From the IMG/VR virus record IMGVR_UViG_3300045391_003787, positions 1 to 40,131 of that record: DNA of 40,131 nucleotides. One strand, 5' to 3'. How positions within the stretch are numbered: the stretch's first letter is position 1; each line of letters begins with the position of its first letter. This document shows, in pieces, positions 24,320 through 32,844 of the stretch. A model generated the notes under the pieces. That model saw only the letters and a list, made by a program, of their open reading frames with translations. It was not told the DNA's origin and ran no database searches. Origin of the DNA: a virus. The position numbers were made by a program, and so were the translations under genes.

Positions 24320-24561
24320 AAATTTATAAGTTATTTGATTAATATTCTAAGGATACCACATCTACGGTACCTGTCAAGGGGGTATAAGCCCAATAAAATA
24401 AGGATATTATAGGGGGCTGTTGATATCTTTTAACTATAATACTTAAATGTCACAAACGGCTTCTAAGTATGGATTTAACCGACGCCAATATAAAAGACCC
24501 CACCATAGGCTATACATCCTGGGAAGACATAGAAATAGACTTAGGCACCCATAAGGTATAC

Positions 24562-24591
24562 TTGACAGTGAAAAAGGGTAGGATATATAAT
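24562..24591 (+). promoter_or_regulatory. Consensus sigma70-type promoter (TTGACA-N18-TATAAT)
   Basis: TTGACA at 24562-67 and TATAAT at 24586-91. Both hexamers are perfect and point towards the packaging and late genes. Confidence 0.7.
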
Positions 24592-24633
24592 TAATTCATC
24601 ATCATTGTTGGGCGGTGGTGGACAATCTACTCG

Positions 24634-24659
24634 CTCGCCCAACGGGCGAGTTTTTGTTT
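24634..24659 (+). terminator. Rho-independent terminator about 45 nt downstream of the consensus promoter, with a competing upstream hairpin
   Basis: Stem CTCGCCC (24634-40) / GGGCGAG (24644-50) with loop AAC, followed by TTTTTGTTT. GTTGGGCG (24607-14) can instead pair with CGCCCAAC (24636-43). Confidence 0.7.
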
Positions 24660-25028
24660 CTTAATAACTGTTAATCGTAGGATTTTATATACAGGGATAA
24701 GAACCCTGGATATTCATAGCTACCTACCTTTAGCAGTTGCTAGCAAACAAGCTAGGCCACCAGCCTTATCTGGTGAATAGTTCATTCATAAAGGCTATCT
24801 TTGAAGGGAAATATATTTTAAATGAGCTTTTAGGTGAGTCTTTGAGCGGATGAACCCTTAAGTTAGCCTTTACGAGTGAATTATTGAAGGGATAAGGCCC
24901 GAAGCGACAACACGATACCCGTACGGCATAATATAGGGCAACGATTCGTCGTAATCCTATGCCGGGGGGAGGAGTGGAGGAAGCGAAGGGGGCTCGGAGA
25001 GCATAGTATTACTAATGTAACCATTATT

Positions 25029-25205
25029 ATGAGAACATTACATTATACGGTTAGAGCTGTGAGAGTATCGGATGAGGTATGGCAAAGTCTCAAGGAATTA
25101 AGGCGTAAAGGTCGAGAGGACGGGGAGATGAGTTGGAATACACTATTTAAATTATTAATAGAAGCATATGGGAATGAGACCTTGCGAAGAGTGCCTAGAG
25201 AATAA
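25029..25205 (+). CDS. Small hypothetical protein (58 aa)
   Basis: Hand-checked ORF MRTLHYTVRAVRVSDEVWQSLKELRRKGRE.... It is the first plus-strand ORF after the long leader. Confidence 0.4.
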   Translation: MRTLHYTVRAVRVSDEVWQSLKELRRKGREDGEMSWNTLFKLLIEAYGNETLRRVPRE

Positions 25206-25416
25206 TTGGGGCAACTTTAAAAAGGGAGATGATGGATTTGTAACTGCAATTTGTCAGAATTGTGGCAAAGAAGTTAGTTGGAAAGCCAAGAAACAAGAGA
25301 AATCAATGAGCTGGAGTGAGATAACCCAAGCAATTTTAAAGATTGAATCCATGCTCAGAGATTTTGAGAAGAGATTAGAGCATTTAGAAAGACCTAAATT
25401 GATAGACGAGTACTAA
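25168..25416 (+). CDS. Zinc-ribbon protein with C-terminal coiled coil (82 aa)
   Basis: CEEC...(19 aa)...CQNC motif. The start could be 25168 or 25174. Confidence 0.55.
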   Translation: MGMRPCEECLENNWGNFKKGDDGFVTAICQNCGKEVSWKAKKQEKSMSWSEITQAILKIESMLRDFEKRLEHLERPKLIDEY

Positions 25417-25418
25417 TC

Positions 25419-25427
25419 TGGTATAAT
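25419..25427 (+). promoter_or_regulatory. Extended -10 promoter element TGGTATAAT
   Basis: Exact copy of the motif. The ATG at 25434 begins 7 nt after the -10, which would fit a leaderless transcript. Confidence 0.45.
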
Positions 25428-25433
25428 CTAGGT

Positions 25434-25586
25434 ATGGTATACATCCTAGGTATTTGGCTCCTTGGATTAGGGCTGTTTAGGCTAATAGATATAATGACTA
25501 AACAAGGCTTTTATTTGAAACAATATCTAATTTGGAGTATTTTGATAGCAGTATTACTAATAGCCGCAGCTTATGTTCAAAGTTGA
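25434..25586 (+). CDS. Small two-TM membrane protein (50 aa)
   Basis: Hand-translated codon by codon as MVYILGIWLLGLGLFRLI...YLIWSILIAVLLIAAAYVQS. Confidence 0.45.
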   Translation: MVYILGIWLLGLGLFRLIDIMTKQGFYLKQYLIWSILIAVLLIAAAYVQS

Positions 25587-25737
25587 AGTAGATTTTAATA
25601 AGTGGAATCCAGCAGCCGAGGAGGGGTGCTATACTCTCAAGTTTACAACTCAGGAGATACCAGACGATCTATTACTCTTAATTAAAGCCCATAAAGGTGG
25701 ACATGGGACTATTGAATTCAACGAAGATGGAGGGTGA
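25573..25737 (+). CDS. Small hypothetical protein (54 aa)
   Basis: Hand-translated as MFKVEVDFNKWNPAAEEGCYTLKF.... It overlaps both neighbours by a few codons. Confidence 0.4.
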   Translation: MFKVEVDFNKWNPAAEEGCYTLKFTTQEIPDDLLLLIKAHKGGHGTIEFNEDGG

Positions 25738-26116
25738 GGAAACTGAAATAAACAGTAATTTAACTGGGCCTTTTGTTAAGAATGATCCCAGGATTAATCG
25801 TGAAGGTAGGCCCAAAGAAACCGAGGAAACTAAGGCTAAACGTAAGTTAATCAAAGATTTAGTAGCCGAGTACAGACAGGCATTAGCTGAGGCATTACCA
25901 GTTATTACGCCAGTGTTATTAAAACAGGCCGCAAAGGGTGATATACAGGCGATAAAAGAGGTTAATGATCGAGTTATGGGTAAAGCTCCCCAATCTACGG
26001 ATATAACATCAGGCGGTGAGAAAATAACCCCTATTTATGGCGGGCTTTCAAACTTTAGCGATGTTCAAGAACACAACAGCAACCAAACGGATATTCAGCC
26101 TCAACAAGAGGATTAG
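25727..26116 (+). CDS. Putative terminase small subunit
   Basis: It lies immediately upstream of the large terminase. It has a basic N-terminal segment (NDPRINREGRPKETEE) followed by a helical region. The track ORF opens at GTG 25697. Confidence 0.45.
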   Translation: MEGEETEINSNLTGPFVKNDPRINREGRPKETEETKAKRKLIKDLVAEYRQALAEALPVITPVLLKQAAKGDIQAIKEVNDRVMGKAPQSTDITSGGEKITPIYGGLSNFSDVQEHNSNQTDIQPQQED

Positions 26117-27260
26117 AGCAGTCGCTGGTGGTACATCAGCCTCGAAGACTATCTCTATTTTGGTTTGGCTGATTGATTACGGCCAGACTACTAAGAACGA
26201 GATTTTAACAGTCGTCGCAGAGTCTTTTCCGCACCTACAATTAGGTGCGATCAGAGACTTTAGGACTATTATGGTCGCCCAAGGATATTGGGATGATGCT
26301 CGTTGGAATGACTCTAAACACGAATATACCTTTGAAAATGGGACTAAGTTAGAGTTCATATCGTTTGATAAGTTCGGTAAAGCCCACGGTCCTCGTCGAG
26401 ACGTCTTATTTATCAACGAGGCCAATAACATCCCCTATAACATTGCCGATCAGCTCATTACTCGTACGAGAAAGATAGTCTGGTTGGACTGGAACCCAAC
26501 AACTGAGTTCTGGTTTTATACAGAAATGCTTAATAAACGTCAGGACATAGACTTCATTACCCTGACTTATCTCGATAACGAGGCGCTAGACAACAATACG
26601 AAGCTTGAGATCGAGGCTCACAAAGCTAATAAGTCCTGGTGGACAGTGTATGGACTCGGGCAGTTGGGTGAAGTTGAGGGATTAATCTATAAAGGCTGGC
26701 AGGTTATTGATGAAATACCTCATGAGGCCCGTATAACACGCACAGGATTAGACTTTGGGTATACAAATGATGAATCAGCCATAGTGGATGTCTACTACCT
26801 CAATGGAGGCTATATTTTGGACGAGATCCTGTATCGCAAAGGCATGACCAACAAGCAATTAGTAGACACCTTGCAGTACAAAGAACAACAGGCTCTGGTA
26901 ATAGCTGATTCCGCCGAGCCTAAATCAATTGATGAGCTCAAAGCTTATGGGATAAACATCATGCCAGCGAAGAAAGGACCAGGATCGGTGGAGCGAGGGA
27001 TAGACTATGTTCGATCACAACGGATAAGTGTCACCAGACGGTCAGCAAATATCCTCAAAGAGTACAGGAATTATTTGTTTCTAGTCGATAAAGATGGTAA
27101 AATTACTAATGAGGAAGACCCGGCTTGTAAAAACCACTCCATGAGTGCCATTCGCTATGCGCTGGACTCACTCAGACCAAACGAGCAGGCCGTCCTCACT
27201 AAATTGAACCAAACCTTTAACCGAAACGAGCTGCGGTTTGTTAACAGTTCCAATAAATAA
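26037..27260 (+). CDS. terL: Terminase large subunit (PBSX/Terminase_3-like)
   Basis: Walker A-like AGGTSASKT, Walker B-like VLFINEA, and a C-terminal nuclease-like GLDFGYTNDESAIV. The start is uncertain (26037 or the Met at 26061). Confidence 0.8.
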   Translation: MAGFQTLAMFKNTTATKRIFSLNKRIRAVAGGTSASKTISILVWLIDYGQTTKNEILTVVAESFPHLQLGAIRDFRTIMVAQGYWDDARWNDSKHEYTFENGTKLEFISFDKFGKAHGPRRDVLFINEANNIPYNIADQLITRTRKIVWLDWNPTTEFWFYTEMLNKRQDIDFITLTYLDNEALDNNTKLEIEAHKANKSWWTVYGLGQLGEVEGLIYKGWQVIDEIPHEARITRTGLDFGYTNDESAIVDVYYLNGGYILDEILYRKGMTNKQLVDTLQYKEQQALVIADSAEPKSIDELKAYGINIMPAKKGPGSVERGIDYVRSQRISVTRRSANILKEYRNYLFLVDKDGKITNEEDPACKNHSMSAIRYALDSLRPNEQAVLTKLNQTFNRNELRFVNSSNK

Positions 27261-27262
27261 CT

Positions 27263-29110
27263 ATGACCTACGAGCAAGATTCAGTGTGTGAGTTAGTCCG
27301 GAAAGCGGAGCAGAACTATATTACCGGCACGACGACCATTGGGAAGTATGTGGAGTTCTCCCAGTACGAGAACATTGAAAAGATTGACGCTTACCTTAAC
27401 TCCAAGCACATTTCTGGCGACACCGACTCAATGGGCCGAGAAAAGCCCTTTTTTAACATAGTAACGAGTGCGGTAAATATCTGGTTTAGGGCGACCGACA
27501 TTGATCGCAAAGATATTAGAATAAAACCAACTAAGAAGTCTGACGTTGTACCAGCCTTTTTGGCTTCAATTCACCTACAGGAATGGATGAAACGAGAGGG
27601 CTTTGGCACCTTTTTAAATGACTGGGGACGCACACTGGCTCGTTATGGCTCAGCGGTTATTAAGTTTGTAGAATCAGGTGGGGAACTGCATTGTTCAGTC
27701 ATCCCCTGGAACCGCATGATCTCTGACACTATTGATTTTGAGAACAACCTAAAGATTGAGAAGCTCTACTACACACCAGCGCAGCTAAGAAAGAACAAGA
27801 ATTATGACCAGGAGGTGGTCGAGGCTTTGATTGAATCTCGATCCAAGAGACAAACACAAGGCAAACAGCACAAAGACAATATTAGTGAGTACATTGAGAT
27901 CTACGAGGTACACGGGGAACTACCGCTGTCTTATCTGACTGACAACGAGGAGGACGATGACGTGTACCAGCAGCAGATGCACATCATTTCCTTTAGTGGT
28001 AAGAAATACGGCTCTCGTTACTCCAAAGGATCATCGGATGACTATACGCTCTACAAAGGACGAGAGGCCAAAGATCCTTACATGATTACGCACTTAATTA
28101 AAGAGGACGGTCGAGCGCAGGCTATTGGAGCGGTTGAACACTTATTCGAAGCTCAGTGGATGCAAAACCACACCGCCAAACAGATCAAGGACCAATTAGA
28201 CTTGGCTTCTAAATTAGTATTCCAGACATCTGACGGCAATTACGCTGGTCGGAATGTCCTAACCTCTATCGAGAATGGCGATATACTTGTTTACAACACT
28301 AATGAACCTCTTACCCAGTTGGCGAACACTTCGCACGACATCACGTCGCTCCAAAACTTCGCCCAACAATGGAAGCAATTAGGTAACGAGATCAATGGAA
28401 TAAGTGAGTCATTGATGGGTGAGAACCCACCTTCGGGGACGGCGTGGCGACAGACTCAGGCTTTACTCCAAGAGTCACACTCGTTGTTTGAAATCATGAC
28501 TGAGAACAAAGGCTTGCACCTTGAGGATATGCTTCGTAAGTACATTATTCCTTACTTGAAGAAGCAACTTGATACGACAGACGAGATTGTAACGACCCTA
28601 GATGAGCAGGGAATCGCTCAGTTTGACGCAATGTATGTGCCGAGTGAGGTTATTAAGCAGTCCAATGAAATTATTAAGCAGCAGATTTTATCAGGCCAGA
28701 TCGCCTCACAACCTGATGCTCAACAGCTAGAGGCCGGAATTAAAGGCACGCTTGCTCAAGACGGCAACCAAAGGTTTATTAAGCCGTCTGATATACCAAC
28801 TAAAACTTGGAAGGATATATTCAAGGATATAGAATGGGAAGTAGAATGCGAAATAACACCAGAGAACAGCAACAAGGAAGCTGTACTAACAACTTTATCA
28901 ACGGTCTTACAGACTGTGGCAACGAATCCTTTAGTTTTACAGGACCCGAACATGAGATTAGTATTCAACCAGATTCTAACCGAGACCGGCAACATTTCTC
29001 CCCTACAATTGGCTCAAGTAGCCGCTCAACCACAGCCACAGACCCAGCCGCAACCACAAGCTCAACAGCCACAGCAGGTATTACAACCGCTAACTCAATC
29101 TAATAAATAA
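27263..29110 (+). CDS. Portal protein
   Basis: 615-aa ORF directly after terL, with size and position typical of a portal. It has a Q/P-rich C-terminal tail (QPQPQTQPQPQAQQPQQ). Confidence 0.65.
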   Translation: MTYEQDSVCELVRKAEQNYITGTTTIGKYVEFSQYENIEKIDAYLNSKHISGDTDSMGREKPFFNIVTSAVNIWFRATDIDRKDIRIKPTKKSDVVPAFLASIHLQEWMKREGFGTFLNDWGRTLARYGSAVIKFVESGGELHCSVIPWNRMISDTIDFENNLKIEKLYYTPAQLRKNKNYDQEVVEALIESRSKRQTQGKQHKDNISEYIEIYEVHGELPLSYLTDNEEDDDVYQQQMHIISFSGKKYGSRYSKGSSDDYTLYKGREAKDPYMITHLIKEDGRAQAIGAVEHLFEAQWMQNHTAKQIKDQLDLASKLVFQTSDGNYAGRNVLTSIENGDILVYNTNEPLTQLANTSHDITSLQNFAQQWKQLGNEINGISESLMGENPPSGTAWRQTQALLQESHSLFEIMTENKGLHLEDMLRKYIIPYLKKQLDTTDEIVTTLDEQGIAQFDAMYVPSEVIKQSNEIIKQQILSGQIASQPDAQQLEAGIKGTLAQDGNQRFIKPSDIPTKTWKDIFKDIEWEVECEITPENSNKEAVLTTLSTVLQTVATNPLVLQDPNMRLVFNQILTETGNISPLQLAQVAAQPQPQTQPQPQAQQPQQVLQPLTQSNK

Positions 29111-29112
29111 AC

Positions 29113-29646
29113 ATGGAAGATAAAAAACCACAACGCCGTGAGCGATTTGTTCTGGATAGGGAAAGAGACCTATTACAGTCTTATTTTAAAGACAATGAAG
29201 ACTTGCTATTGGCGTTGCGGAATTTACTGTTTGGATTTGATCTTGATGAAAGGGAGACGGCCATGTTAGCCCCAATGCTTAAGAGCCAGGAAACAATTGC
29301 CTTGTTAAATAAGATGTTTTTCCCACAACTAGGTAAAGATATTCCTGTAGGACAGTCAATTGATTTATGGATGATTATTAAACTAGAAGATCCTCAGCAG
29401 TATGATGTAAATCTCAAGGCCCATGAAGTTTTTCTAGCTAAAATAGACTCAGCTCTTAAAAGATTATTAGACCCAAAGGTTAAAGTAGATCTGACCTGTA
29501 AACAATCGCCCGCTGATATTAAAGGACGGAACACTTTTATCCAGCATATTGAGGGCCAGCTGACAGCTATTAGGGTACTAGCCAACGAGAAGGTAGAAAC
29601 TCCTGAAGAACGTATTATGAAACAAGCTAAAGATTCACTTAAATAA
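29113..29646 (+). CDS. Head-module hypothetical protein (177 aa)
   Basis: ORF between the portal and scaffold genes. Confidence 0.65.
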   Translation: MEDKKPQRRERFVLDRERDLLQSYFKDNEDLLLALRNLLFGFDLDERETAMLAPMLKSQETIALLNKMFFPQLGKDIPVGQSIDLWMIIKLEDPQQYDVNLKAHEVFLAKIDSALKRLLDPKVKVDLTCKQSPADIKGRNTFIQHIEGQLTAIRVLANEKVETPEERIMKQAKDSLK

Positions 29647-29647
29647 T

Positions 29648-29908
29648 ATGGCCAAGAAACTAACAATCAAAGGACGTACAAACAGCGAGGGTAAAGAATT
29701 GCCAGTCTATGCTGAGAAAGCCAAGGGCTGGGGACTGACACGAAGTGTTGGTAATCCTGTGCGATCACCAAGAGCGGCGGCCATGCAGGTTGCCAGTGTT
29801 CCTAGTAACGACTACTCCAAGGGAGTCGGAATGATAAATATGTCTCAAGGAGATATGCTGAAACGTGGTATTAAAAATATGGCAAAGAAACTCAAATTGA
29901 TTAAATAA
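29648..29908 (+). CDS. Small basic head-module protein (86 aa)
   Basis: ORF starting 2 nt after the previous stop. Confidence 0.55.
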   Translation: MAKKLTIKGRTNSEGKELPVYAEKAKGWGLTRSVGNPVRSPRAAAMQVASVPSNDYSKGVGMINMSQGDMLKRGIKNMAKKLKLIK

Positions 29909-29909
29909 T

Positions 29910-30074
29910 ATGAAAGCTAAACTAGGTTCCGGTAAAAGATTCGATCAATTGGCTAGTAAACTAGCAGCCAAAGGTGCTTCTAACCCTAAAGGTTTGGCAG
30001 CCTATATTGGTCGAAAGAAATACGGCAAGAAGAAGTTTCAGTCTTTGGCAGCAAAAGGAAATCCAGGTTACTAA
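29910..30074 (+). CDS. Small basic protein (54 aa)
   Basis: Hand-translated as MKAKLGSGKRFDQLASKLAAKGASNPKGLAAYIGRKKYGKKKFQSLAAKG. The pattern resembles small conserved proteins I recall from phage head modules. Confidence 0.5.
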   Translation: MKAKLGSGKRFDQLASKLAAKGASNPKGLAAYIGRKKYGKKKFQSLAAKGNPGY

Positions 30075-30159
30075 GCGCTAGATAGCTGTCCCTACTAAGC
30101 CGGGGCCAGCGATGTATCGCTTAGATACACTTAGGTCGAGCTAGACCATTAAATAGCTT

Positions 30160-30729
30160 ATGTCTTACCAAGACGACGAGGAGTTGGACTCTCAAAACCA
30201 ACCGACAGAGGAAGTCGTAAACACCGAAGTAGTCGAGACAACTGACGCAGAGCCAGAAGTCGAGGACACCCAGCCCGAGTACACGGAAGCCGAAAAGAAG
30301 GCTTATGCTCGAGCGAAGAAGGCGGAAGCTGAATTGAAAGCCTTAAAAGCACAATTAAAGCCCGCACCAAAAGAACCAGTACCCACCCCATCGGGGCTCG
30401 GTTCACTCTCACCAGTACAACTTGCCAGAGATTCTAAAGCCATAGCTGATCTCGTAGACGAAGACGTAGATTACGTCGCTACCTATGCGGATAAGTTTGG
30501 CGTAACACTCTCGGAAGCACGCAAAAATAAAGACGTGCAAGCGGTACTAAGAGTTAGAGCTGAAGAACGTCGTACCGCCGAGGCTACCTCAACAGGTAAT
30601 GCTCGACGGGGAACGAGTAAAATGTCTGATGATTCTTTAATGGCGAAAGCTGAGGCTGGTGACATACCAACTGATACCGACTCCTTAATGAGAATTGCTC
30701 AGGCTAGGCTCAAAAAAATGAAGCAGTAA
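30160..30729 (+). CDS. Scaffolding protein
   Basis: 189 aa with an acidic N-terminus and charged helical repeats (AEKKAYARAKKAEAELKALKAQLK), lying directly upstream of the capsid gene. Confidence 0.6.
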   Translation: MSYQDDEELDSQNQPTEEVVNTEVVETTDAEPEVEDTQPEYTEAEKKAYARAKKAEAELKALKAQLKPAPKEPVPTPSGLGSLSPVQLARDSKAIADLVDEDVDYVATYADKFGVTLSEARKNKDVQAVLRVRAEERRTAEATSTGNARRGTSKMSDDSLMAKAEAGDIPTDTDSLMRIAQARLKKMKQ

Positions 30730-30829
30730 CTTGCAGATGGGGGCTTAATAAAAATTAACCCCTAAATATACGGCTAACACATTATCAACCAAAACCCTAC
30801 GAGATAAGTACCGTTCCGCTTCTTTAGAA

Positions 30830-31639
30830 GTGGCCCTGCGTACCGCTCTTGTAGCGGAGAAGATCTGTGAAGTAGACCGCTCGGATGCTAAAACTATCCA
30901 GGCTCCTTACTTAACAGCTCCTTCGACCGTAGTTCAGGCCTTGGCGGGTACTTACACCCCTAACGCCGTAACTACCACCGACGACACATTAACAGTTTCC
31001 GACGAAGTAGTGGTCGCCACCCACGTCTTTGGCTTTGAGGATATAATCTCGAAGTTTGACTTGTTTGCGGCCTTTACTGAGGAACAGAACTTTGCGGTGG
31101 CCAAAGCTATCGATAAGTACGTTCTAAACGTAATCTTAGAAGCGGGTACTGGTTCCTACACCACGCCTGCTGGTGGTTTCACAACCGCCGCTAACATCAA
31201 CGTAATCATGTCTAACCTTATCGCTAAGGTGGCTGGTTACTCAGACTCTTACAAGGGTCTATTCCTCGTCATTGAAAACACTGACGTTCCTGGATTCATC
31301 CAGGCTCAGGCGACCAATGGTTTCTCCTTCGCTGACGCTGCGCTAAACAACGGTTGGATGACTTCCTACATGGGAGTCGACATCTACGTTGTCCGGGCTG
31401 CCACCTTCGAAGATGACACCACGACCAGTGATTCTGGATCGCAGACTTGGACCAACCTTGGCCACCGTTTGTTCGGTGTTAAGGGTGTCGCCACTTATGC
31501 TGCACCTCGAGGTCTTCAATTCGAGGAAAAAGGTGTTACTGGAAAGACAGGTAAGGAAATTGTCACTTACGGCTTGATTGGTGCCAAAGTTTGGACCCCA
31601 AAGTCTGATTTGATTGTCGATATTACTTTGACTTCCTAG
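30830..31639 (+). CDS. Major capsid protein (start uncertain; the reading frame is open from 30752)
   Basis: The gene follows the scaffold, and its size and composition fit a capsid subunit. GTG 30830 is the first canonical start, but it lacks an SD and 26 in-frame sense codons precede it. Confidence 0.6.
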   Translation: MALRTALVAEKICEVDRSDAKTIQAPYLTAPSTVVQALAGTYTPNAVTTTDDTLTVSDEVVVATHVFGFEDIISKFDLFAAFTEEQNFAVAKAIDKYVLNVILEAGTGSYTTPAGGFTTAANINVIMSNLIAKVAGYSDSYKGLFLVIENTDVPGFIQAQATNGFSFADAALNNGWMTSYMGVDIYVVRAATFEDDTTTSDSGSQTWTNLGHRLFGVKGVATYAAPRGLQFEEKGVTGKTGKEIVTYGLIGAKVWTPKSDLIVDITLTS

Positions 31640-31672
31640 TCCTTAGTATCTTAGTCATTTAACTAAAATACT

Positions 31673-32095
31673 ATGGCACTACCACAAGGAAATAACCCTA
31701 CATTAGATGGAATCTGGTTCCGTCCGGCGGTGCTGACGGCTGATGACGCAACGCCAACAGTTGTTGGCCAGAACACAATCCCGATGGGTTGTCGCTCAGT
31801 CAACGTCACGGCAGTTCAAAACGATGCGAATGATTGGATTACTTTGCCAGCTCTTTCGTCTGTTCCAACGGGTCATCGTATAGTCATTTGTTGTAATGCG
31901 GCCTCTAACTTCGAGTTAAGAACCCCCGCCACTTCCAACGAAAAGATTAACAACGTGGACTCCGATGGCACGAATGAATATCTGTGTACTGATACCGATG
32001 TCGTTATTGTTACCAAAATGAGTGATACCGCAGGCTGGATGGCTTACGAGTACACCAAATTAGGCGCCGTCGTTTCGGCTGTTATTCCTGATTAA
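31673..32095 (+). CDS. Putative capsid decoration or head-surface protein, paralog 1 (no repeat tail)
   Basis: 140 aa, colinear with the first 140 aa of the next gene (MAL..G.NP.LDG..., LP.LS.VP.GH.I, LRTPA.SN.KIN.VD.DG.N, GW.A.E.T.LGAVV.AV.P). Confidence 0.55.
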   Translation: MALPQGNNPTLDGIWFRPAVLTADDATPTVVGQNTIPMGCRSVNVTAVQNDANDWITLPALSSVPTGHRIVICCNAASNFELRTPATSNEKINNVDSDGTNEYLCTDTDVVIVTKMSDTAGWMAYEYTKLGAVVSAVIPD

Positions 32096-32106
32096 TTGCA
32101 TTACCT

Positions 32107-32844
32107 ATGGCACTCTCAAGTGGAACTAACCCGGTATTAGACGGAGTGAGGGTGACTGCAAATGGAATCACAGCTACTAACGTCGAATCCGGTCTAAACC
32201 AAATCTATCCTCAAGTACAATCGGTTAATATTAGTGGAATCACTAACGCTGAGTCAGACTTTGTTGTCCTGCCTTTGCTTAGTGACGTACCGGTAGGTCA
32301 TCACATCATCATCAACAATCAATCTGGCTATAACATTTATTTGCGAACGCCAGCTTCAAGTAATAACAAGATTAATGATGTCGACTGTGACGGTGCTAAC
32401 CAGTACCCCCTAACTAAAACGAATGTCTTAGAGTTAATCAAAAGAGATGGTACGGGTGGTTGGGTTGCTTTAGAGCACACCAACTTGGGTGCGGTGGTAA
32501 CAGCGGTGGTTCCGGCGGCTCATTCCTTGAGTCCGTCGGCTTCACCGTCGGCTTCACCATCTGTCTCACCTTCCGTGTCAGCGTCGCCTTCTAGGAGTCC
32601 AAGTATCTCACCATCAGTGTCACCGTCAGCGTCTTTGTCGCCAAGCGTGTCACCATCAGTCTCGGTCTCTCCGTCGGTTTCGCTATCACCAAGTAAATCG
32701 CCGTCCGTCTCACCAAGTGCGTCAACTTCACCAAGTTCTTCGGCTTCTCCGTCCGTGTCACCGTCGGTGTCAAAATCACCTTCTCTGTCACCTTCAATTT
32801 CGCCGTCGATCTCGCCAAGTTTCTCGCCCTCACAAAATCCGTAA
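32107..32844 (+). CDS. Putative capsid decoration or head-surface protein, paralog 2, with a 105-aa C-terminal (Ser-X)n tail
   Basis: The first 140 aa are paralogous to 31673..32095. The C-terminus reads SLSPSASPSASPSVSPSVSASPS...SPSFSPSQNP. Confidence 0.6.
   Translation: MALSSGTNPVLDGVRVTANGITATNVESGLNQIYPQVQSVNISGITNAESDFVVLPLLSDVPVGHHIIINNQSGYNIYLRTPASSNNKINDVDCDGANQYPLTKTNVLELIKRDGTGGWVALEHTNLGAVVTAVVPAAHSLSPSASPSASPSVSPSVSASPSRSPSISPSVSPSASLSPSVSPSVSVSPSVSLSPSKSPSVSPSASTSPSSSASPSVSPSVSKSPSLSPSISPSISPSFSPSQNP
32527..32841 (+). repeat. Coding tract for alternating Ser-X repeats
   Basis: Read from the translation of 32107..32844. Confidence 0.9.

Noticed and set aside
24469-24594. 41-aa ORF (MDLTDANIKDPTIGYTSWEDIEIDLG...) and an overlapping 35-aa basic ORF from 24447
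   Set aside because: The 3' end coincides with the consensus promoter hexamers at 24562..24591, there is no SD, and the ORFs are very short. I cannot separate this from chance, so it is left unannotated.
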